This document shows positions 57,481-64,000 of a stretch of DNA of 64,000 bases, piece after piece; position 1 is the stretch's first letter; each line of letters begins with the position of its first letter. The position numbers and the translations under genes are program-made. The notes beneath the pieces are model-generated. The model did not search any database. It saw only the letters and a program-made list of their open reading frames with translations, and was not told where the DNA came from. The DNA is from a virus: the IMG/VR virus record IMGVR_UViG_3300005518_000017, positions 4,629 to 68,628 of that record, one strand, 5' to 3'.

Positions 57481-58143
57481 TCAATTAGTGTAGAATTCTT
57501 TAATATCCCACAAGCGGTTTCTCACCTTCCGCAGCGCGTGAGAGTGTGTGCCTTGCACTGCGGAACGAGTGATTTCCAGCATCCGCCCAATCTCTTTGAA
57601 ATTAAAACCGCCCCGGTAATGTAAATCGACAATCATACGTTCTTGGTCATTCAACTCCCACGCCAATATCGGGGCGACCCGTGCCCAGCGTTCCTTAATG
57701 TGAATTTTGTCAAATTCCGGCTCCACTAAATTCGGGGGATTTAACAATTTGATATATGAGCACTTCTTATCTTCGGAATCTTCGTCCGTTTGAATTTCAT
57801 CGATATACTCGACGCATTCCCCGTTTGCAACGATTTTCAATCGGCTCCATGTTCGTCGAATTTCCCCCCGGATATAAGGTTTTGCGTAACCGAAAAACCG
57901 GGACTCAGCAAACCGCCGGTTGAGATTGGGCTTGTAGTTCTTGGCGGCGTTTGTCAAAGCGGTGTAGCAGAGAGAAAACAAATCTCCATCGGGCAATTGT
58001 CCGTGAGAGGTATTCTTGGAGTAAGAAAACGCCTCGCGCATGTTGGCGAGAACCAGTTTAGTTCGGCCCGCAGCGGTCTTGACGGCAGCGGATTCTTGTT
58101 TCAACGTCAGCGGAGTTTCTGGCAACCCAGATAAGATGTTCAT
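57481..58143 (-). CDS. phage sigma70-family sigma factor
   Basis: Region 2 LVLANMR...DL....L..AA.NY.P...F..YA...IRGEI; region 4 L...ER.IV.L.Y....FKEIG..L.ITRSAV...AL.K.R. Confidence 0.9.
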   Translation of the reverse strand: MNILSGLPETPLTLKQESAAVKTAAGRTKLVLANMREAFSYSKNTSHGQLPDGDLFSLCYTALTNAAKNYKPNLNRRFAESRFFGYAKPYIRGEIRRTWSRLKIVANGECVEYIDEIQTDEDSEDKKCSYIKLLNPPNLVEPEFDKIHIKERWARVAPILAWELNDQERMIVDLHYRGGFNFKEIGRMLEITRSAVQGTHSHALRKVRNRLWDIKEFYTN

Positions 58144-60320
58144 AGTTTTTCGATTTGGGGCGGCGTTGGCGGCAGTGTCGAATTGGCAGAAGCGCCGCGC
58201 CTATAAAAAATCCACGTTCGAGTTTTTTCTTCCCCGCAGGTTTCTACGGAGCATTTCAACAAATTCTCTCGCTGGATCATCTCAAGATACCGGGCCGATT
58301 GTTCCATTCGGATAGCCCGGATCATGTGTTCGTTGGTGGGATTCCACATGAGCAGTCGCGTAATCTGAGTGACAGTCCCTCGAAATTCCCGTTCATTCGG
58401 GTTTACTATAAACCATTGATCGAGGGCTTCCAACAATAATTCTTTGAATGGAGTTGATTTACTCCCCTGATGCGCCTGATCAAGCAAAGTTTTTTCGTGA
58501 TACGCCGCGTAGCCGTATCGAGAATCCCGCGTAACGTGCTCCGGGGGTTCCCAAGCCAGCAGCCAGCGCAGGAAATAAGGCAATTCCTGCTCAATCGTGC
58601 CTGCGATTTCCGCGCGCGTAGTGAATAGACTGCGGGTGCCCGCTCCACATCGAAAAATACAAGTTTTATCCGCGCTCGAATTATCCATCGGGCCGAGGAC
58701 CTTGCTTGAGATGTAATCCGTGTTAGTAGTGCAAATGATACGGCCCATCCATTCAGTCATGGTAGACACTTCAAATTTTTTGTTATGAGAAATTTCTTGA
58801 TTGGCAGCGGTTTTTTTCCACATTGCTTGAAAATTATTATACGCCGCTTGGGACTCCCCCATAGTCTCGTCATCCACACACCAAAGCGGATACTCGATCA
58901 AGTGAGAATTGAAATTTGAACCCCCGATAAGAAAGGAAGAAGCATCCGCGAACCCGCCTACAGATTTTCCGACTAGATGCCGACTAGTGAGTGTTTTACC
59001 GGTGCCTGCCTCGCCCATCAGAAAAATATTCTGGCCGGGCACCGGGGTTTGGTTCACCGCAGCGGTGTAGTAATACTTCCACCACGCCAAGAAGAATTCC
59101 TTTTGGTGCGCCGGTTCAAAGAGAGTATCCAGAAGCTTTGAGAGAAAAGGAAATCTGCCCTTTTCTCCCCACGGGGTCCACTCAATCGCGGCTTGCACCG
59201 GCTTTCCCATATAGGTATTCAGTTTTCGCCGCCCCATGAAATCAATCAATCCCGAAGGGCGAAAGATAAATGGGGCCGCGCCGTCTATCCGTCCGTTATT
59301 ATAGATATGATTCAAAGCCATGTCGATCATTGATATTCCCGCGTTTCCGGGTTTGGCGGTCAATCCACATTCCACTTTGAAAAAATTGGTCATTTCTCCC
59401 TGTTCGCAAGCAGTGTAATGGCCCCCGATTTTTCTCCAGAAATGATGTCCGTCAAAGTGGATGTCAGCAGTTGCTTTGGCAATAGCATTGTCTGAATATT
59501 CTTTTATGAATTCTTTTCCGAGCATGTCAGACCACGAAAAGAAGGGTTTCCCGGCGTGCGCGGAAAAAGTGAACATACCCTCTTTCTTTACAATTGCCGA
59601 CAGCGGAGATTCGCTTCCTTCAACCCAGAACGAAGGCCCTTGGGTCCCTTCATCGAACGGGCCGGGCCATTGGAATTTCTCTTTGTATTTTTCCTTCAGC
59701 GCCAGTTCTACGGCGGATAAAGGAATCTCAATGTCGTTGACTTTAAAACGAAAATCTTTCCCACACCTGACGAAAAACGCTTGGAGTTTCGCTTCGGGAA
59801 TAGCTCCATGTCCAGTGGCTTTCCATTCTCCGCCGTTACAGTAAAGCCGGGTCGGATCGCTGAGCGCGGGCTGATCGAGTCCGGGGAAAACGCCTAATTG
59901 CAACCATTCGCAAGATTTTTCCAGCAGATAGACACAAAAATCGTATTCGTCTATCGCCAGCGGGCGCGCAAATGTCCATACCAATCTAAAGTTTCCGCCA
60001 AGACTTCGTTCCACCCAAGCCGGTTTTACCGGCATCTTAGCCATCGATTCGGCAACCCGCTCCTCGGAGCACGGAGAATCGAAATCCGCCACTAGGCCGT
60101 AAAGCCATTTCGGCGGATTGTCTTTACTCGCGCGTTGATTCCGGTTGGCCGCTTCAATCGCAGTATAGAAGTTGTGGCGCGTGCTGATGGACCGATACCA
60201 CTCTTGTCGGGATTGTTTGTCGTGCCGAATTTGAAGTCCCGGCTCGTGCTCGATTTTGAATAGCCACGGCTCCGAAGGAGCAACGGTCTGCTGAGTTACA
60301 TTTTGGGCCGCGTAAAACAT
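58140..60320 (-). CDS. primase-helicase (N-terminal primase with DxD; C-terminal SF3/D5-like ATPase)
   Basis: VADFD...SLGG..RLVW; Walker A GEAGTGKT; FN..L, VDDE, TTN. Confidence 0.85.
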   Translation of the reverse strand: MFYAAQNVTQQTVAPSEPWLFKIEHEPGLQIRHDKQSRQEWYRSISTRHNFYTAIEAANRNQRASKDNPPKWLYGLVADFDSPCSEERVAESMAKMPVKPAWVERSLGGNFRLVWTFARPLAIDEYDFCVYLLEKSCEWLQLGVFPGLDQPALSDPTRLYCNGGEWKATGHGAIPEAKLQAFFVRCGKDFRFKVNDIEIPLSAVELALKEKYKEKFQWPGPFDEGTQGPSFWVEGSESPLSAIVKKEGMFTFSAHAGKPFFSWSDMLGKEFIKEYSDNAIAKATADIHFDGHHFWRKIGGHYTACEQGEMTNFFKVECGLTAKPGNAGISMIDMALNHIYNNGRIDGAAPFIFRPSGLIDFMGRRKLNTYMGKPVQAAIEWTPWGEKGRFPFLSKLLDTLFEPAHQKEFFLAWWKYYYTAAVNQTPVPGQNIFLMGEAGTGKTLTSRHLVGKSVGGFADASSFLIGGSNFNSHLIEYPLWCVDDETMGESQAAYNNFQAMWKKTAANQEISHNKKFEVSTMTEWMGRIICTTNTDYISSKVLGPMDNSSADKTCIFRCGAGTRSLFTTRAEIAGTIEQELPYFLRWLLAWEPPEHVTRDSRYGYAAYHEKTLLDQAHQGSKSTPFKELLLEALDQWFIVNPNEREFRGTVTQITRLLMWNPTNEHMIRAIRMEQSARYLEMIQRENLLKCSVETCGEEKTRTWIFYRRGASANSTLPPTPPQIEKL

Positions 60321-60778
60321 TAGAAGTTGGGCGATGCAAATTCCCCAAAATATTTTTTGGCTGCGGCGTCGTAGGCGCGGGCCGCTTCTTTTTCACTCGA
60401 AAAACGTCCAAGAAAAATCTGCCGATAGTTTACAGTTATCTTAGCAAGCCACTTTTTTTTCTCTCGACTCCACGAAACGCCTCGGAAAGTAGAACTTCCA
60501 AAAGTTCGCAAGAACCCGTGCATATTTTGCGCCCGCGTCGCGGGCCGCAGATTACGCCGGATGTTGTTTAAACCGTTGCCGTCTTTGTGATGCACTTCTG
60601 CTTCGCTAAAACAAATTTCCCGGTGCATGTAGCTCGTTCGCCCGGCTATTTTTCGTGCGGCGTAAAAGGTATGCTTGCGCTTTTCTGCGTGCCAAGAAAT
60701 CAATGATGCCCATAAGAACACATCAGCATCAACAATAGCGAATTGACCTCTTGTTAGCGGAATTACTTTTGATAGCAT
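60320..60778 (-). CDS. HNH homing endonuclease with AP2 domain
   Basis: YMHR, VHHKDGNGLNN.R.NLR, STFRGV..., LGRF.SE.EAARAYD. Confidence 0.92.
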   Translation of the reverse strand: MLSKVIPLTRGQFAIVDADVFLWASLISWHAEKRKHTFYAARKIAGRTSYMHREICFSEAEVHHKDGNGLNNIRRNLRPATRAQNMHGFLRTFGSSTFRGVSWSREKKKWLAKITVNYRQIFLGRFSSEKEAARAYDAAAKKYFGEFASPNF

Positions 60779-62763
60779 TTCATTTCCTTAGCTTCAGCGG
60801 CCAACGCGCACCCCGGCAACCACGAGATTGACTGGCTCATTATATCTTGTATCTGTTCAGAGCCAACTTCTTTTGGCACTTCACATACGGCTTCGTCGTG
60901 AGCATGAAAGAGAACAAAGTGTCCTGCCCGCTCAAGGGCTAACAAAAAATGGGCGAAGACATCGCGCGCGGTTGCCTGTGTAATGTTCTCAGTCAGCTTG
61001 CCGCCATAGGTGATGGTTCTCTTTTCACCGATCTGCGTCGTGAAAACTGTTTTGCGTTTAGGTTTTTTGGTGTCTGGGTCAATTTCAAATCGGGTTTCAC
61101 ACCGGACCTTCTCGTAACGAAGTTTTCGCCCAGACGGAAGACCCATAAGAAAATCCTGCCCGATGGACAGCTTGAAAGCACCATCGAGCCGAGTCCACAG
61201 ATTAACAATCTTGGGATTTTGCTCGCGGTATTCCTTAACGATTTTTTTCGCGGTAAACCCATATCCAGATACTTGTTTGACTTCCCCGGTTCTTGGATTT
61301 ATTTCATCTACGAATTCAGGATCGTCCTTAGTCACATCCAACCCCGCCAGCAGTTTCGCCATGGTCACGAATTTAGCCCATCCAGCTTGATAACCCAATG
61401 CCAACACGCGAGCTTTGGCAAGCGCATACTGTTCCGGGTGTTCAGTTTTCAAATCCGCGCCAGTAAAATTCATTGTGCTTCTGGCGTGCGCGACGTAAGG
61501 CGAGTCTCCTGCGGCCATGCGATCAAGCATTATTTTATCCCCGGCCAGCCAAGCAAGAACGCGGGGTTCAATCTGGCTCAAATCCGAAGAGATCATTTTC
61601 ATTCCGGGGCGAGGAATGAATAGATTCCGTAAATCAATTACGGCGGTGACCCATTCAGGAAAACGGCCCTCCTTTGCCTTCTGTTTAAACGCAAGTTGTA
61701 TCCGATCCTCGTTGGTCTCCAGCAATCCTTGCTCGTTGCAAAGCAAAGGCCGCTTGGGCATGTTCTGCATATTAAACCTAGAGCCGCCGCCCCAGCGCCC
61801 GGTGTGCGCCGCAAAATATTTGAGTTCAAACGGAAGGGTGCCGTCAGGGCGCAACCGCGTTTTGAGCAACATGAAAATCTTGTAAAGCCGGTTGATCGAC
61901 CGCCACGAGCCGAGCGCCTGAATCCAAGAATGTTTTGGACTGTATAGTTCATTCCAGTCATCATACCCTTCTTGGTCATCGGCTTTTACTGGTGGGGCAG
62001 GAATGCCACTGCGTCGGCAGGCTTCTGCGATAGCCTTTGTGGAAGTAGGTTTCTTGGGGATGCCTTCCCACGACTCGATTTCTTCGTCGTTATCTTCTGC
62101 GTCCTGAAGCCATGGCAACACTTTTTCAGTGTTCAGCTTCATCTCGTGCGACTGGATGATATAGGTGTCCAGCAGTTTCGTGTCGAGTTGGACCCCGCGC
62201 ATTCCAGCTTCGATGGAAAGCTGAGAGAGTTTTTTTTCATCATCCGGCCACTGTGACGAAAATTTATCCCAAAGTGTCCAGCAGAGATGCGCGTCTTTGC
62301 GCGCGTATTCCAGCATGACTTTTTGTTCCTCTGCCGAAAAGTCTTGTGGCCAATGTTTCCCGTTTGCATTGCCGCGCGCATCCTTGCTGACCTTTACGCC
62401 GAGCAGGCGTTCGCAGGCCCGGTCCAGTTTTCTCAGATTGGCCAAATATGAAGTTAGGTTCGCGGTGCAATGCCATTCGGCGACACTGGCGAAGGTGCCT
62501 TCGGGAATTAGTTTTCTCCGCTCAAGTTCTTTCACAACCGTCTTCTCGAAGTAGCAATTATGCGCGATTACGCGATTGCCCGCGAGTGTGGTCCAGTTAA
62601 AGTCTCGCGGGTGCCCAACCCACGTATTGACTCCATCACTGGCAGCAACCATGTAAGCGTCAAAATGCGGCGATTGACAATAGGTCTCTGCGATACTAGT
62701 AGTCAGGGTATACTTAAGCTTCCGGCTGTAGAAGGTCTCGAAGTCAATTGCAATTGTTTTCAA
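60763..62763 (-). CDS. family A DNA polymerase with 3'-5' exonuclease
   Basis: Exo I IDFET; HTGRW, NMQNMP; motif A DLSQIEPR; motif B KARVLALGY; motif C HDE. Confidence 0.93.
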   Translation of the reverse strand: MKTIAIDFETFYSRKLKYTLTTSIAETYCQSPHFDAYMVAASDGVNTWVGHPRDFNWTTLAGNRVIAHNCYFEKTVVKELERRKLIPEGTFASVAEWHCTANLTSYLANLRKLDRACERLLGVKVSKDARGNANGKHWPQDFSAEEQKVMLEYARKDAHLCWTLWDKFSSQWPDDEKKLSQLSIEAGMRGVQLDTKLLDTYIIQSHEMKLNTEKVLPWLQDAEDNDEEIESWEGIPKKPTSTKAIAEACRRSGIPAPPVKADDQEGYDDWNELYSPKHSWIQALGSWRSINRLYKIFMLLKTRLRPDGTLPFELKYFAAHTGRWGGGSRFNMQNMPKRPLLCNEQGLLETNEDRIQLAFKQKAKEGRFPEWVTAVIDLRNLFIPRPGMKMISSDLSQIEPRVLAWLAGDKIMLDRMAAGDSPYVAHARSTMNFTGADLKTEHPEQYALAKARVLALGYQAGWAKFVTMAKLLAGLDVTKDDPEFVDEINPRTGEVKQVSGYGFTAKKIVKEYREQNPKIVNLWTRLDGAFKLSIGQDFLMGLPSGRKLRYEKVRCETRFEIDPDTKKPKRKTVFTTQIGEKRTITYGGKLTENITQATARDVFAHFLLALERAGHFVLFHAHDEAVCEVPKEVGSEQIQDIMSQSISWLPGCALAAEAKEMKCYQK

Positions 62764-62930
62764 AAGGCGTCCCGTATAAGTCCGGGACCACGACTTTGCA
62801 CTTGTCTCCCTAGTGCGAGGGCTGTTTTACCGTCGCCAGCGCGTCGGTTTTGTGACCACAAATTGTGCTGGTCTTTATCGTCTCCAGCCCGACGGGGTTC
62901 GTATCGCTTGGACCCTCGCGTGCGCAAAAA

Positions 62931-63296
62931 TTATCGAGTCCGGCTCAGTGTGACCCCGCAAGAGGGTTGCTTTTGAACCTTATTTTGAATAAGCCGCGCC
63001 AAAGACTCATTTAGCGCGTCCGCGATTTTGTCCAACAGGTTACGAGTGACTAACGATGCGGCGTTATTCAGCGGCAACGGAGTGTGCAATGTCGGGTAGT
63101 CGCTATTCAACTTTCGGACGATAGCTTCAACATCCGCCAAAACTTCATCCACAAAATCCTGACCAACGCGAGTAAACTTTCCGTTGCGGAACTTTGCAGA
63201 GCAGGCAAGGGCGTGCTCGCGGATCGCCTTTTCGTTGACGATACGAAGAGATGTCGAATTCCTTGAACTAGGCCACGGTAATTGTTCCTCAGTCAT
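62931..63296 (-). CDS. possible histone-fold-like phage protein
   Basis: IVN..AIRE.AL...KFTRVG..F.D.V...V..I...PS.G.TL. Confidence 0.45.
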   Translation of the reverse strand: MTEEQLPWPSSRNSTSLRIVNEKAIREHALACSAKFRNGKFTRVGQDFVDEVLADVEAIVRKLNSDYPTLHTPLPLNNAASLVTRNLLDKIADALNESLARLIQNKVQKQPSCGVTLSRTR

Positions 63297-63297
63297 A

Positions 63298-63942
63298 TTA
63301 TTCGTCTCCTTCCTCATCGTGATCCAGATCGTCCGGGATTTCGTATCGCATCGCCGCTGTGCGATGTTGCGGACATATCGGTGCTCCGGCGTCGTCGATC
63401 CATTTACGAGTAGTCCGGCAAACATAACCACAATCTGGGCATTCGCATTTGATCAACCGGGTTGATTGTTTTTTGGACGGACCTTTGGTTTGGTCAAGTT
63501 GTCCGTGCGGATATTCACCGAGTTTTTCAGCCCACTGCTTGCACGCGGCCAATAGCTTTTCGCCCGCAACGGTGTGCGTCAGTTTGCCCTCAAGCCCAAC
63601 CGCTCTCGCGCATTTACCGAAAATCTTGTTGTGTTTGTTTTGCACTCCAACGACTTCGTGCGCGACTTCGTGGACTAAGGTGGGCAGCACTCCGCAGATT
63701 TCTTTTACATCCCCGTTGAGATATGGAGAAATAAAAATCTGACCGATTTTATCAGATGCGGCATCGGGAGACCAAGCTTGCCCGATCACCCGGCTCGCGG
63801 TGCCAAGTCCGCCTCTTGAAGGCCAGCCGCAGGCAACCCGAATTGAAGGTATCTTGTAACCGGCGCTCTCGAAAAGCGGGCGCATCAGTTCAATTGCGGC
63901 CAGAAGCCAAGCTTCGCGTGTTCCAGTCTGTTTAGTTTTCAC
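63298..63942 (-). CDS. SprT-like zinc metalloprotease with C-terminal Zn ribbon
   Basis: TLVHEVAH.....H...F; CECPDCGY...CPQH. Confidence 0.85.
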   Translation of the reverse strand: MKTKQTGTREAWLLAAIELMRPLFESAGYKIPSIRVACGWPSRGGLGTASRVIGQAWSPDAASDKIGQIFISPYLNGDVKEICGVLPTLVHEVAHEVVGVQNKHNKIFGKCARAVGLEGKLTHTVAGEKLLAACKQWAEKLGEYPHGQLDQTKGPSKKQSTRLIKCECPDCGYVCRTTRKWIDDAGAPICPQHRTAAMRYEIPDDLDHDEEGDE

Positions 63943-64000
63943 TTTCCCACCGCCTTAAAAAGGGCGACATACGCGCGGTATTCTTCGATCTGTTCTGGCG

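Noticed and set aside
1-64000. Stop-codon reassignment
   Set aside because: Core genes are full length in the standard code, and TAA, TAG and TGA all terminate genes.

Overview
This window looks like most of a tailed dsDNA phage genome with podovirus-like tail and ejection genes and no tape measure, sheath or cellular housekeeping genes. Layout: a leftward block (1-10231) with an SF2 helicase running off the left edge, HD hydrolase, C39-like peptidase, dNMP kinase and Nudix; a ~1-kb repeat/palindrome-rich control region at the divergence point (10240-11230); a rightward accessory block (RHH regulator, three CGTxGCA paralogs, secreted trypsin-like protease, tRNA-Met plus a permuted tRNA-elbow mimic, serine recombinase); a morphogenesis block (terminase, portal, scaffold, a glycosyltransferase/epimerase cluster, major capsid, fibres, tail nozzle, ejection proteins, a 2073-aa polyvalent protein); and a leftward replication block (phosphoesterase, RuvC, sigma factor, primase-helicase, PolA, SprT). 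Most notable: (1) a genome-wide TTGAC-N17-CACTA promoter motif sitting just upstream of ATGs, alongside a phage sigma factor; (2) a circularly permuted, acceptor-less tRNA mimic with A18/G55 covariation; (3) a perfect 35-bp inverted repeat 7.9 kb apart whose inversion would keep the kinase ORF intact, plus a promoter inside a 48-bp inverted repeat, with a serine recombinase in the genome; (4) a giant HExxH protein whose C-terminal modules are separated by repeated [F/A]QP linkers; (5) a probable virion-glycosylation cluster. All calls come from reading motifs by eye; no database searches were run.
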